Assembly: GCA_964354815.1 (NCBI GenBank) | Contig: CAYHBG010000001.1 | Span: 10,803 to 74,802, forward strand | Length of the DNA stretch: 64,000 nucleotides | Source: an uncultured Thermotogae bacterium | GTDB lineage: Bacteria; Bipolaricaulota; Bipolaricaulia; UBA7950; UBA9294 | Direction of reading: 5' to 3' | Shown here: piece by piece, positions 35,294 to 46,080 of the stretch | Layout: each line of letters begins with the position of its first letter | Position numbering within the stretch: position 1 is the first letter of the stretch | The notes under the pieces: generated by a model | Databases searched by the model: none | The model's input: the letters and a program-made list of their open reading frames with translations, nothing else | What the model was told of the DNA's origin: nothing | Made by a program: the position numbers and the translations under genes

Positions 35294-35995
35294 TCATAGC
35301 CGCACCGCGATCTCGATGTCCACGCTGGAGCCCCCGGTGCGGGAGGCCTCCTTCATGGCGTTGGCGATGAGGCCAACGACCTCTTCCCGGCTCTCCTCGG
35401 CGGCGGGGCGAAGGAAGGGGTGGGCACGGTTGTGGCGCGTGCCGAACTCCTGGTACTTCGCGTACTCCGTCGGGGAGATCACCCATGCGGTTGCTGTGGT
35501 GCCGGACACCGAGGGTGCCGTCGCGTGGATCTCTCCCCGCAGGCGACCGCCGATGCTGGCCCCGATGCCCAGGCGAACCCTGTTGCTGCCGATGTACAGC
35601 GCACGCTTGGTCTTCACCTCGCTCGCGCCGCGCTTCGTCAGTTGGGGGCTACCTGGAACGCCGGCCTTGTAGTCCTCGAGCAGGCTCTCCGCCGCAGCCA
35701 GCCGGCGCTTCTCAACGTCGCGCCGCAGGGTCGAACGGAAGCCGCCTGCCTTGAGAGGGGTGGGGGGCTTGACGTGGACCATCCACTCGTCGGCCCCGAT
35801 CTGGCCGCCCCGCGATGCGCGCAGGGCCTCCACATCGCCGATGTACTTGTTGGGCACGAGCTCGTGCTGCGCCCCGAAGATGTTGCGGACCGGGGCCCGC
35901 GCCTTGGCCCTGCCCTCGACGATCACCGCCCCCTGCCCGAGGGCATTCACGGCGGCGTCGAAGATCTCCCGTGCGATGGCCTCGAAGTTGATCAC
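35294..35995 (-). CDS. HK97 gp10-like head-tail joining protein
   Basis: YAKYQEFGTRHNRAHPFLRPA motif typical of the HK97 gp10 family; GTG 35995 in GTGA overlap with the upstream gene. Confidence 0.55.
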   Translation of the reverse strand: MINFEAIAREIFDAAVNALGQGAVIVEGRAKARAPVRNIFGAQHELVPNKYIGDVEALRASRGGQIGADEWMVHVKPPTPLKAGGFRSTLRRDVEKRRLAAAESLLEDYKAGVPGSPQLTKRGASEVKTKRALYIGSNRVRLGIGASIGGRLRGEIHATAPSVSGTTATAWVISPTEYAKYQEFGTRHNRAHPFLRPAAEESREEVVGLIANAMKEASRTGGSSVDIEIAVRL

Positions 35996-36399
35996 TCCCG
36001 CCTCCGCAGGCTGCACGTCAGGAGGGGCAGCCAGGTGGACTCGGCCGTGGTGTCGGAGACCGTGTAGTCGTCAGGCGCGGTGCCGACGTGGACGTGGTCG
36101 CCGGGCGCGATGTCGGTCCCCACGGGGACGAACAGGCGGTAGGTGTTGACCGTGACCACCATCCCCGTGTCCACGTCCTGCTGGGGCGTGGGCGTCGAGT
36201 GGAACCACCCCTTGACCTGGAGCCGCCGGCTCTCGTTCGTGACCGTGTAGGCCAGAAAGTCGTCGCCGTAATCGCCGCCGGCAGGGATCGGTCCCTCACT
36301 CCGCCGCTCGATGGTGATCGTCGTGATCATCCCCAGGAGCGCCACGTCGCGGACCCTATCCAACTGGTTCGGGGTGAGGAACCTGTTCTGGTTCGGCAT
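35992..36399 (-). CDS. head closure / head-tail connector protein (135 aa)
   Basis: ATG 36399 (MPNQNRF...) in ATGA overlap; the ORF-track 358-aa version is an over-extension. Confidence 0.4.
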   Translation of the reverse strand: MPNQNRFLTPNQLDRVRDVALLGMITTITIERRSEGPIPAGGDYGDDFLAYTVTNESRRLQVKGWFHSTPTPQQDVDTGMVVTVNTYRLFVPVGTDIAPGDHVHVGTAPDDYTVSDTTAESTWLPLLTCSLRRRE

Positions 36400-37316
36400 C
36401 AGCGCACCGTGATGTTGTCGGCCCGGAACGAGGAGAGGAGGAGGGCCGCCTCGGGAATGAGGAGGTCCAGGTTCTTGATCAGGCTGGCCGTCGCGCTCGT
36501 CGTGTCGCGGCGCTCCATCGTCACCTCCGCCACCGACAGGCGCGTGAGGTGAGCCATGCCACGGGCGTGGAGCTCGGACTGGCCGTGGAGGTGGGCCACG
36601 ATGTGCCCAGCCCCGTACTGGATGTCCGGCGGGAGCTTGTGGTGGTAGGAGACGCTGACCGTGTCTGTCGCGAGGAGGTTGTCGGTGAAGACGACCGTCC
36701 CCTCCGTCGAGTCCACCGTGAAGCCTGTGGTCTGTTCGGTGCCGTTGAGCTTCACGACCGGCTCGCGGTCGCTGTCGGTGAACCAGAACTGGTTCTGCGC
36801 CCGCCACGTCTGGCCGTCGGAACAGGTGAGGTCCTCGTCGGCGACCTCGAAGTCCCAGCCGTAGGTGTAGTCGGTCTCGGCGATGGGGGTCGCGAGGCCC
36901 ACGTTGGGGATCACGAGGGCGTTGAACAGGCCCTGGCTGGTGATCGCGAGGGAGACCACCTCGGCGTACCGCTCCGTGAAGTTGATCATCAGCTCCGTGG
37001 GTGCGATCTCGAGGTACTGGGTGTTGGTGACCTTGATGCGGAACTGCTGGATGGCGAGGATCGGCCAATGGAAGAAGTAGACCCGCCGCTGCCCCAGGTC
37101 GTTCGGCCAGACGGGGTAGCGCCAGGGGTGCTGCTCGCGCTTGATCGTTCCGCCCAGGAACGAGTGCGCCTGGGGGATCCGGGGCACGTTGCAGTAGCCG
37201 TTGACGACCGTGGTCGCCTGCGCGATGAGCGCAGCCAGCTCCGTGTCGTCGAGCTCGGAGATGTCGATCCCGAAGCCCATCTCGCGGAACCGCTGCGGCG
37301 TCAGATAGACGGCCAT
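36399..37316 (-). CDS. head-tail connector (gp6-like N-terminal region) protein, 305 aa
   Basis: N-terminus MAVYLTPQRFREMGFGIDISELDDTELAALIAQAT resembles gp6-like connector/DNA-packaging proteins; first gene after the capsid terminator. Confidence 0.4.
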   Translation of the reverse strand: MAVYLTPQRFREMGFGIDISELDDTELAALIAQATTVVNGYCNVPRIPQAHSFLGGTIKREQHPWRYPVWPNDLGQRRVYFFHWPILAIQQFRIKVTNTQYLEIAPTELMINFTERYAEVVSLAITSQGLFNALVIPNVGLATPIAETDYTYGWDFEVADEDLTCSDGQTWRAQNQFWFTDSDREPVVKLNGTEQTTGFTVDSTEGTVVFTDNLLATDTVSVSYHHKLPPDIQYGAGHIVAHLHGQSELHARGMAHLTRLSVAEVTMERRDTTSATASLIKNLDLLIPEAALLLSSFRADNITVR

Positions 37317-37320
37317 GCGT

Positions 37321-37353
37321 ACCTCCGGGGATGCGAAGGGACCGCCCCGGAGG
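37321..37353 (-). terminator. strong hairpin (cctccgggg-N14-ccccggagg) immediately downstream of the major capsid gene
   Basis: Perfect 9-bp GC-rich inverted repeat between the MCP stop (37375) and the next gene start (37316). Confidence 0.45.
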
Positions 37354-37374
37354 ACGGCCCCTTCACGCTGTGGC

Positions 37375-38706
37375 CTAGCTGGCGACCTTGACCCGGATCT
37401 TGTTGCTCCAGGGAAGGACCTTCACCGCGAGCCCGTTCATCATGAACACGATGTACAGGTGGGTGAGCTGACCCGAGATGCCGATGGGGATCTCGAGGAC
37501 CGTGGGGCCCGGGCTGCCGAGGTAGGGAAGCGTGATGCTGCCCTCGTCCAGCATGTACAGGTCGCGGTACAGGGTGCCGCCGATGTGGTACGAGGCGATG
37601 GAGTCGCCGGGGACCACCGCGAACGGGACCTGGCCGGCGTAGGTGTTGACCGCCTGCGCGGTGGCACCGACACCGATGTTGACGTACTGCGGGCCGACGA
37701 GCCGGACGTTGGCGTCCTGCTGCTCATCGAACGTGATCTTCTCCTGCGGGTGGCCCCACATGATCGACACGTTGCCGCCGGCCTGGGTGACCGGAAGCAG
37801 CGCCCTGTCCACGCCCTGCCGGAAGTTGCCGGTGGTCGTGGGGTTGGTTGCCGGGTCCAGGTTCACCGCGTTGGTGACCAGGAGCTGCCGCAGCCCGGTG
37901 AAGGCATTGGCGTCGTACAGGCCGAACTCGTCGTCGGCGGTGCCGGAAGCGACTGCAGCGTTGCCGCCGAAGATCTGCTTCTGCATCTTGTGGGACATGG
38001 CGCGGAGGCCACCCTGAAGCTCGATGGCCTCGGGGTTGTAGTTCATCCCGCCCGCCATCACAGCGAACTGCGACTTGAGGGAGATGCCGCGCCGGGTCGC
38101 CAGGATGCCGACGTTCGTGGTCTTCCGCTCGTAGGTGGACGTGTCGTCGCTGACCGTGCCGAGCTCGGCCATGAACTTCGCGTCACCGTAGGCGGTGATC
38201 TGGTTCCAGGCGTGGACCAGGCCGTTGGCCGGCTCCTTGGGGAAGCGGTCGTAGGCCGGGAACTGCCGGATGAAGACCTCGTAGAGCATCGGCTCGAGGT
38301 CCTGGCGGATCAGGGCCGTGGCCCCGCCCGTGTCCAGGGCCTTCGCGATGTCCGGGTCGAGCTGCCCGCCGAGCTGGTTGAAGGCGTTCTGGGCCGCGAA
38401 GCCCGCCGTGTTCAGCCAGAGGTCGAGCGGAATGCCGGTGTCCTTGCGGGCAGCCTGGCGCGTGGTGAGCTCCGCGATCTCGGAGATGGACTTCGTGCGA
38501 AGCACGGCGCTCATCTCGGACCGCTCGTCTGCGGTGATGTACCGCCGGGTGGCGGGTGCCGGAGTGCCCTGGTTCTCGACGCCGGCCGTGACGGCCGTGG
38601 TCGCGACGTTGGGTGCCTCGTTCATGCGGAGGAGCGTCTGACCGATCTGCTCCTGCGTCTCGAGGACACCCTTCAGGAGGGCTTCCAGCTCAGGCGACAT
38701 TGTCAT
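37375..38706 (-). CDS. major capsid protein (HK97 fold)
   Basis: 443 aa following the protease-scaffold gene; typical MCP length and composition; ORF-track N-terminal 120 aa is a GC-frame over-extension, ATG at 38706 (MTMSPELEALLKGV). Confidence 0.75.
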   Translation of the reverse strand: MTMSPELEALLKGVLETQEQIGQTLLRMNEAPNVATTAVTAGVENQGTPAPATRRYITADERSEMSAVLRTKSISEIAELTTRQAARKDTGIPLDLWLNTAGFAAQNAFNQLGGQLDPDIAKALDTGGATALIRQDLEPMLYEVFIRQFPAYDRFPKEPANGLVHAWNQITAYGDAKFMAELGTVSDDTSTYERKTTNVGILATRRGISLKSQFAVMAGGMNYNPEAIELQGGLRAMSHKMQKQIFGGNAAVASGTADDEFGLYDANAFTGLRQLLVTNAVNLDPATNPTTTGNFRQGVDRALLPVTQAGGNVSIMWGHPQEKITFDEQQDANVRLVGPQYVNIGVGATAQAVNTYAGQVPFAVVPGDSIASYHIGGTLYRDLYMLDEGSITLPYLGSPGPTVLEIPIGISGQLTHLYIVFMMNGLAVKVLPWSNKIRVKVAS

Positions 38707-38711
38707 CTGGG

Positions 38712-40013
38712 CTACTGGCCTTTCTTCAGGAGGATGAGGAACTCCTCGCCGTAGACCGACTTCAGGCTCTCGAACTGCTCGTTCGCCTGGCGGACCGTGG
38801 CGCGGCGTCCGACTGGGGTTCGGGACAGGCGACCCAGGATCTCGGCCGTGTTCTTGATGACCTTCTCGGTCACCTCGATGGCCCGATCCCGTTCCGTGAT
38901 CGCGTCGTCCAGGTCCTTCTTCGTGGTGATCAGCTCGCGGGTGATCGCCTTCAGGAGGTCGCTGGAGGTCCGCAGGGAGGCCACGACGGTAGGCTCCAGG
39001 ATCTGGAGCGCCGACTCGACTTCCTCGGTCTCGGTGGGTGCGCTGGAGAGGCCGATGGCTGCCCACGGGTTCACGGGCAGGCTCTCGTCCTCGTCCCCAT
39101 CCTCGGTCTCAGGGGCGCTCGCCAGAGCTTCCTGCGAGGAGCCGCTCGCGGGGGCCTTCTGGCTCCCGCGTCCGGTGTCGATGGAAACGTCCGCATACGG
39201 TGTCTTGATGTTCACCGTCGCGTTCGTGATGGGCGGGGCGACGGTGAACGTCGCCGTCGCCCCGCTGGATGTGGTGGTGGTACTCGCAAGGACCGGCTCG
39301 CCGGGGGCGTCACCCTCGGAGGGTGTCTCAACGACCTCGGGGTCGGCTTCGCCGTCCTCGGGCGGATCATCGGCATGCTCGAGGGTCTCGGCATCGAGCT
39401 CCTTGACGATCTCGGTCGCCTCCTCCGCCGCGTATTCCACGACCTGACCGACCTCGCCGTCGCTCCTCACGCCGAGACCGGCGGGGGCATCGGGATCAGC
39501 CCACGAGACGTTGAGGGACTTCACGGCGTACTCGACCCAGGACCTGGGGTTCGCCGGCACGCCGACGAGGGAGGTCTCGAGGAGCTCGACGTGTTCGATC
39601 TGGTAGGTGCCCGTCTTCCGGTCGCGGCTCGCGCCTCCGTCGGGGATCATCGCCCCGATGGAGAGGCCGAGTTGGGTCCCGCCGTCGATGGCCTCCCACG
39701 CCTTCACGGCGCGGGGGTTGCTCTGGTTGACCACGATGTCCATCGACAGGTCCTTGATCGAGGGGTCCATCGGGTGGGATCGGAGCAGCGCCCGGTCCAC
39801 ATACCCGGCCACGTCCTCGGGGACCTGGTACTCGTGGTTGAGGAAGATCGTCAGATGGTTGTTGGCGCTGCGCTCCATGTCGTCCAGCGCCGAGGTGAGC
39901 ATCACATGCCCCTGGCGGTCCTTGACGGTGGAGCTCGCGATGCCGTGGAGCATCATCCGGTCGCCGTCCATGCTCGCCTTGAGCATCGGCGCGAAGATCT
40001 TGAAGGTGTTCAT
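38712..40013 (-). CDS. prohead serine protease (HK97 gp4 family) fused to an acidic coiled-coil scaffold domain
   Basis: N-terminal ~180 aa with MLHGIASSTVKDRQGHVM and LETSLVGVPANPRSWV motifs of HK97-family proteases; C-terminal 250 aa acidic/helical (scaffold-like); ATGA overlap with the upstream GT4 gene. Confidence 0.65.
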   Translation of the reverse strand: MNTFKIFAPMLKASMDGDRMMLHGIASSTVKDRQGHVMLTSALDDMERSANNHLTIFLNHEYQVPEDVAGYVDRALLRSHPMDPSIKDLSMDIVVNQSNPRAVKAWEAIDGGTQLGLSIGAMIPDGGASRDRKTGTYQIEHVELLETSLVGVPANPRSWVEYAVKSLNVSWADPDAPAGLGVRSDGEVGQVVEYAAEEATEIVKELDAETLEHADDPPEDGEADPEVVETPSEGDAPGEPVLASTTTTSSGATATFTVAPPITNATVNIKTPYADVSIDTGRGSQKAPASGSSQEALASAPETEDGDEDESLPVNPWAAIGLSSAPTETEEVESALQILEPTVVASLRTSSDLLKAITRELITTKKDLDDAITERDRAIEVTEKVIKNTAEILGRLSRTPVGRRATVRQANEQFESLKSVYGEEFLILLKKGQ

Positions 40014-41278
40014 GCGGAAGCCTCCGGCGCTTCAGTACCCACGGGAGGCTCGAAACTGGCGAGCGCCGTGATGTACTCGTCGAACTTGCTGGCCGCGAAG
40101 TCCCAGGTGAAGGTCTTCGCGTGAGCGGCACCCGCTAGACCGAGGTCCCGGCGCAGCCCCTTGGACATGTACAGGCGCTCGATGGCGGCGGTGAACGCCG
40201 GGATGTCGGGCAGCCAGTTGTCGTCGCCAGAGGGCTTCGTGAGGAAATACCCGCTCGGCTCAACGAGGATCCCGCCGGGTCCGACCACCTCGGGGATGGC
40301 GGACACGTTCTGGGCCACGATGGGGATGCCGCACGCGGCGGCCTCGAGGAGGGTCAGGCCGAAGCCCTCTCCCCGTGAGGTGGAGACGAAGCAGTCGAAG
40401 GCGGAGTAGAGGACGTTGAGGTCCTCGATGGCCCAGCCCTCGAAGCTGGTGTGGAGGCCGGGGAAGTGGAACCGCTCCGGGTTCACCTTCTCCGCGTTGC
40501 GGCCCAGCATCGCCTTGAACCGCACCCCCACCGACGGACCCTCGTCCTCGCAATGGAAGTGAACGTCGATGTTGGAGTACTTCTCCATCAGGGGCCAGAG
40601 CGCCTTCACGAGCGCCGGGTAGTCCTTCCGGCCGCTGTTGGTGTCCACCCGCCCGACAAGGAAGCGGTCGGGGTCGTAGCCGAACGCCCTCTTGGCGTCA
40701 GCCCTGGTCCTGCATACGATCCCCGTGCTGGTGGTCTTGGGCTTCTCCCAGATCGGCCAGAACATCTCGTGGTCCAGGCCGTGGTAGACGAGCTTGCTGG
40801 GCTCGTACAGCGACTGCCCCCACTTGCTCATGGCGACGGTGTTCGCCACCTTGGGCATCACGGTCGTCCAGCGGGGCGGGAGGTTCATCGAGTCCACGGG
40901 GACGTACCACAGGATCGGGCGGTACTGGAGGAGCATCTTCGCCGGGTCGAACTGGTCGTTGTCGAACAGGTAGCGGAGGGCGATCTGCGGGTCGTTCAGC
41001 ATCACCACCACGTCCGGCTCGACCTTGCCCAGCATCTCGAGGACCCGGCTGAAGCCGAACATGTCGCCCGCCGCGACGGTGTTGGGGCGGTACAGACGGA
41101 GGGGTGTGACGTGATCGTGCCCGGGTCGTTCGCAGTCCCACGAGTCCCCTCGGTAGTTGACTGCCACAACATGGAGCTCGTGGCCGTACTCCTCGACCAG
41201 TCGTTCGCCAATGGCGTGTGTGACGCGGCTGAAACCTGTCGTGCAGCCTGCGTCCGAGAACCAGAGAACCTTCGCCAC
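40010..41278 (-). CDS. glycosyltransferase family 4 (GT-B fold)
   Basis: STSRGEGFGLTLLEAAACGIPIVA is a textbook GT4 E-x7-E motif region; 422 aa; GTG start 41278. Confidence 0.7.
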   Translation of the reverse strand: MAKVLWFSDAGCTTGFSRVTHAIGERLVEEYGHELHVVAVNYRGDSWDCERPGHDHVTPLRLYRPNTVAAGDMFGFSRVLEMLGKVEPDVVVMLNDPQIALRYLFDNDQFDPAKMLLQYRPILWYVPVDSMNLPPRWTTVMPKVANTVAMSKWGQSLYEPSKLVYHGLDHEMFWPIWEKPKTTSTGIVCRTRADAKRAFGYDPDRFLVGRVDTNSGRKDYPALVKALWPLMEKYSNIDVHFHCEDEGPSVGVRFKAMLGRNAEKVNPERFHFPGLHTSFEGWAIEDLNVLYSAFDCFVSTSRGEGFGLTLLEAAACGIPIVAQNVSAIPEVVGPGGILVEPSGYFLTKPSGDDNWLPDIPAFTAAIERLYMSKGLRRDLGLAGAAHAKTFTWDFAASKFDEYITALASFEPPVGTEAPEASA

Positions 41279-41296
41279 GGTGCCTCCCGTTGAGCG

Positions 41297-41659
41297 TTAC
41301 TCGAGATGGTCGCCGTCCACGAGGAACGGGCAGATGAAGTGCCTCCAGGCGTTCTCGCGCCTGCGGTAGGCGGCGACCGCCACCTTGGGGTCAACCCCCT
41401 CGAGGACAGCCAGTTGCGCCTCCTGGGCGAGGTCGAGTCGCAGCTCGTCCTCCCAGTAGGAGATCGCGGTTCCGTGCTGGAGCGCCGGCATCAGCGGCAT
41501 CAGCGGCTCGAACCGGGGTGCGGGCTTGCGTTGCCCCCGGTCCTTGCGGCGCTCCTCAGGTGTCATCGCCCGGCGGCGGGCTGCCCTTCTGGCAGCTTCA
41601 CGCTTTCGGTAGTCGGGGTGGGCCGCCCGGTAGGCGCGGTAGTAGGCCGCGTCGGGCAC
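41297..41659 (-). CDS. hypothetical basic protein (120 aa)
   Basis: GTG start; Arg-rich N-terminus (YRKREAARRAARRRAMTPEERRKDRGQRK). Confidence 0.4.
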   Translation of the reverse strand: MPDAAYYRAYRAAHPDYRKREAARRAARRRAMTPEERRKDRGQRKPAPRFEPLMPLMPALQHGTAISYWEDELRLDLAQEAQLAVLEGVDPKVAVAAYRRRENAWRHFICPFLVDGDHLE

Positions 41660-41985
41660 TACTGCCGGCGGACGTTGATCGTCACCTCAGGACTGGTGGT
41701 CTGAACGCGACCGCCCTGGTAAGTGATCTCCCATTGGACGATGTACGTCCCTGGGACCGCGAGGTCGTTGGGACCCCACGAGTAGCTGACCTTGCCTGCT
41801 GGGCCGTCGAGGACCACACCCCCGGCATTCACCGTGTAGCGGTGGTCGTCCGCCTTCCGCATCTGGAACTTGACCCCGCTGACGTAGGCGGGGGAGCAGT
41901 CGAGGATGGACGACGGGTCGTCCTCTTCGTGGATGATGGCCGTGATGTCCGGGGCGGTGTCGCCCTGGACGAAGGTCAGGCTCAT
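41659..41985 (-). CDS. small beta-rich hypothetical protein (108 aa), possible Ig-like accessory domain protein
   Basis: ATG 41985 in ATGA overlap with the giant gene stop (41982-41984); ORF-track 352-aa version is a GC-frame over-extension. Confidence 0.4.
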   Translation of the reverse strand: MSLTFVQGDTAPDITAIIHEEDDPSSILDCSPAYVSGVKFQMRKADDHRYTVNAGGVVLDGPAGKVSYSWGPNDLAVPGTYIVQWEITYQGGRVQTTSPEVTINVRRQ

Positions 41986-44900
41986 GCGATCTCCGCGTCG
42001 AGGGTGAAGGTGCCGGCGATCCACGCCCCGGTCCTGAAGTAGTTCCGGCGGGTGAAGAGCCAGGTGAAGTCGAGCGTCCGCGCCGAGAGGGCCGGCGCGA
42101 TGGTGGCTGCGGTGTGGTCGCCCTCGATGGTCCCGGCCCACAGGTCGGGAGCAAGGGTTGCGGCGCTGAAGGTCCCCTCGATCTCGACCGTGATCCGCAG
42201 GCTGATCGAGGCGTCGATCCCGAACGTCCCGGTCCCAGCCGAGCCGATGACCGCGTCGAGCGTGAAGGAGACCGCCCCGAAGCCCGTGATCAGGGCGTCG
42301 AGGGTGAACGATGAGACAGGGCTGGAGCTGATCGAGGCGTCGGCCGTGAGGGTTCCGACGGAGCTCGCGAGGATGGTCGCCGCCGCATCGAAGGCGGAGG
42401 AGGGAGACCCCGTGATGACGGCGGCGACCGGGAAGGATCCGGTGACGGCCCCGACCACGATCTCGGCGGCGGCCGGGAAGGAGGAGGTCTGAGGGGACAG
42501 GGAGACGGCGTCGGTGGCGAACCCGCCCATTCGGGTGGCTGCCACGACCGCCTGGGTCGTGAAGCCTGCCTGCTGCGCCGTCTTCAGGACTGCGGCTGCG
42601 CCGAACCCACCGGGATAGGTCCGACGCAGGATCGCGTCCACGGAAACTGTAACAGAGCGCGTGCGCTTGACAACAGCGTCTGCAGCGAAAGCTCCGGCGT
42701 TCGCCCCGAAGATCCACGCCGCCGCGCTGAACGTCGAGACTGACTGGAAACTGATCACCGCGTCAGCGGCGACGGTTCCCGAGTTGTGGCGCAGCAGGAT
42801 CGCGTCGGTCGTGAACGAGCCGCCCTCCGCGACGGGCGCGACGATCCACGCTTCCGTGGTGAACGACCCGCCGACGGAGGCCTCCACCAGGGCCGAGACG
42901 GTCAGGACGCCAGCGCCCTGATGGGCGATGATGGCGTCGGTCGTCAGGGACGCTGGTGCCGTCCGGTGGATGACGGCGTCGGCTTGGACATGGGACGACG
43001 CCGTTCCCCTGACGACCGCATCCGCAGAGAAGGCGCTGGTCCCGGCCCCAGCCACCAGGGCCGCCACGCCGAAGGAGGTCAACGTGGGCTTGAGGACGAT
43101 GCTGTCCGAGGCGAAGGACGCCTGGACCGGACGCAGGATGGAGGCGTCGGCCGCGAAGCTCGACGTGGCGCTCGAGACGACCATCGCGCTCAACGAGAAC
43201 GCGCTCGCCCTGCTCGACATGATCGCCGAGTCGATCCTGAGCAGCCCCACCGCGCTCGAGCGGATGACCGCGTCCGCTGACAGGCTCGACACAGCCGCCG
43301 AACGGATCACCGCGTCGGTCGTGAAGGCGGAGGAGGCGCTCGAGCGGATGACCGCGTTGGCAGCGAAGGTCGAGGACGCCGTCGCGAGGAACAGCGCGTC
43401 CAGCGTGACCGGAGCTGACGCCTGGGTCCTGAGGAGCGCGGCATCCAACGTGACCGAGGCGTAGACCGGGCCCGCGATCCAGGCGTCGAGGTTGAAGAAG
43501 CCCGCCCGCCCAGCCCGGATGAAGGCATCGACGCTGATCGCGCCAGCCAGCCAGGAGCCAACCGTGAAGGTGCCCGAGAGCCACGCCCCGACCGGGAAGC
43601 TATGTGCGGTCTCTGACCGGATGACCGCATCCGCAGATAGACCGGAGATAGACGTGCGCCCGACGGTCGCGGAGGCCGTGAAGAAGGTCTGCGACGAGGA
43701 GCGGATGACCGCGCTCGCGGCCAGGGTCGCGGCGACGTTCCTGGAGATGATGGCCGAGGACGTGAAGGAGCTGGCGGTGGACCGCCGGACGACCGCATCC
43801 ACCGAGAAGGAGTAGGTCTTGGACGTGCGAACGAGGGCGGCGACGTTGAAGGTGAAGGCGACGTTCCTCGCCAACACCGCGTCGGACGTGAAGGTGAAGA
43901 TGGCCGCGCTGCGGATGATCGCGTCCATCGAGAAGGTCGAGGCGGCCGAGTCCCGCTTGACGGCAGCAGCCGAGAACGTGAAGGAGGCGCTGCTCCTGAT
44001 GACCGCGTCCGCAGCCGCGCTCGACGATGCCGTGGAGCGCAGCACCGACGCGACCGCGAAGGTGTTCGACTGACCCTTGGCGAGGACGGCCCCGGCGAAG
44101 AACGTCCCGGTGGCGGTCCGCTTGCTGATCGCAGCGGCGGTGAAGCTGCCGGCGGCCGTGCCCCTGATGACGGCGTTCACCGTCAGGGCCGACGAGACCG
44201 TCCTCTTGATGACCGCGTTCGCGGTGAAGGAGCCAGCGGTCGTCTCCCCGACGAGGGCAGCGACCGTGAACGACCCCGCCAGATGCCCCAGGACGGCCGC
44301 ATCCGCCGTCCACGCCGTACCACTCCGGGTTCCCCGCAGGATCGCGTAGGCGACGGTGCTGGAGGCCCTGGGGGCCAGGATCGTGGCGTTGGTCTGCCAG
44401 AAGCCCGAGGCGGAGACCTTCAGGACCGCGTTCGCGGTCAGGCTCCCCGTGTTCGTCTTCTGGATCCACGCCGCCGTTGTGAAAGCACCCGTGCGTGGGG
44501 CCTTGAATACGGCATCGGCCGTGAACGTCCTGCTAACGGTCCCCTTCACAACGGCGTTGGCCGAGGTGGCGCTCGTGGCCGTGGCCTTGACGAGGGCGTA
44601 GAGGGTCGTCGCGCCGCTGGCGCTGCCCTTGATGACCGCGTTCGCGGAGAAGGTTCCCGTCGGGACCCGGATCAGCCAGGCAGAAGCGGTCGTGGAGCCG
44701 GTCGAGGACCGCAGCAGGGTGGCGCTGGCGGTGAACGAGGCAGCCTGGGTGCGCTTCAGGACGGCGCTCACGCCGAAGGTGCCCGCCGTCGCGCCGTAGA
44801 TCAGGGCGGAGGCGGTGAAGGACCCGGACCTGGTGGCCTTCAGGGTCGCGGCTGCGGTGAACGTCCCGGCATTGGTCTTCTGGATCCACGCGGCTGCGGT

Positions 44901-46080
44901 GAAGGTGCCTGCCTGCGACCGCTTGATCACTGCGTTCGCCGTGGTGCTGCCGCTCGCGGACGCCTTGACCAAGGCCGCTGCCGTGAAGGTGCCGGAGGCG
45001 CTCGAGCGGATGACCGCGTTGGCCGTCAGGGATCCGCTGACTGTGGCCTTGATGCAGGCAGACGCGCTGAACGTGCCCGAAACGGGCTTCTGGAGCCACG
45101 AAGATGCAGTCAGGCTGCCGTTTCGGGTCGTCCTGACCACCGCGTTCGCGGTCAGGGAGGCGGTCGTAGAGGCCTTGACGAGAGCGGCAGCCGTGAACGA
45201 TCCCGCCTGACCCCGCTTCAGGACGGCGTTGGCCGTGAGGCCCGAGCTCGCCGTCCCCTTGACCACGGCCGCAGCCGTGAACGTCGAGGCGACCGTCTTC
45301 TGGACCCACGCCGCTGCCGCGAAGCTCGATGACGCCGGCCGCTGCACCACCGCAGCGGCGGTGAACGACCCTGCGGCGGTTGCCTTGACGAGGGCGGCAG
45401 CGGTGAACGTGCCCGCCTGGGTCCGCCGCACCACCGCATCGGCCTTGGTCGAGCCTGCGGCGGTCGCCTTGACGACCGCGTTGGCGGTGGTCGAGGAGGC
45501 GTAGGTCTTCTGGATCCACGCGCTCGCCGTGAACGTCGAGGACAGCGTGGCCTTGCGGACGGCATCGGCCGTGAAGGTGCCCGACCTCGTCGCCTTCAGG
45601 ACGGCGTTGGCGGTCGTGGACGAGGTGGCCGTCCCCTTGACCACCGCGTTCGCCGTGAGCGACGACGAGATCGTCGCCTTTCGCACGGCGTCTGCCGTGA
45701 AGGTCTTCGTGGACGACGTGGCCTTGATGACCGCGTTCGCGGTCGTGCTGCCGCTGGTGGTCCTCTTCAGGATCGAGTCGGCCTTCAGGGTCGAGGCTGT
45801 GACCGTCGCCTTGACCACGGCTGCCGCCGTGAACGTCCCGGTGCGGGTGCCCTTCAGGACCGCGTTGGCGGTCAGGGACCCCGCCTGGGTGCGCTTCAGG
45901 ACGGCGTTCGCCGTCAGGGCCGACGAGACCGTCCTCTTGATGACCGCGTTCGCGGTGAATGCCCCGCTGGCCGTCGTCCGGCGGATGGCGTCGGCGGTGA
46001 ACGAGCCCGACTGCGTCTTCCGCAGGATTGCATCAGCGGTGAGACCGACGATGCCACCCTTGCCCGTGATGTAGTGCGCG
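41982..46080 (-). repeat. about 4.1 kb of in-frame tandem ~48-51-nt coding repeats (FTADAV/FTANAV peptide repeats)
   Basis: Periodic ...gcgtc.gcggtgaa.g...c.g... pattern visible on the plus strand; translated repeats are listed in the ORF track. Confidence 0.7.
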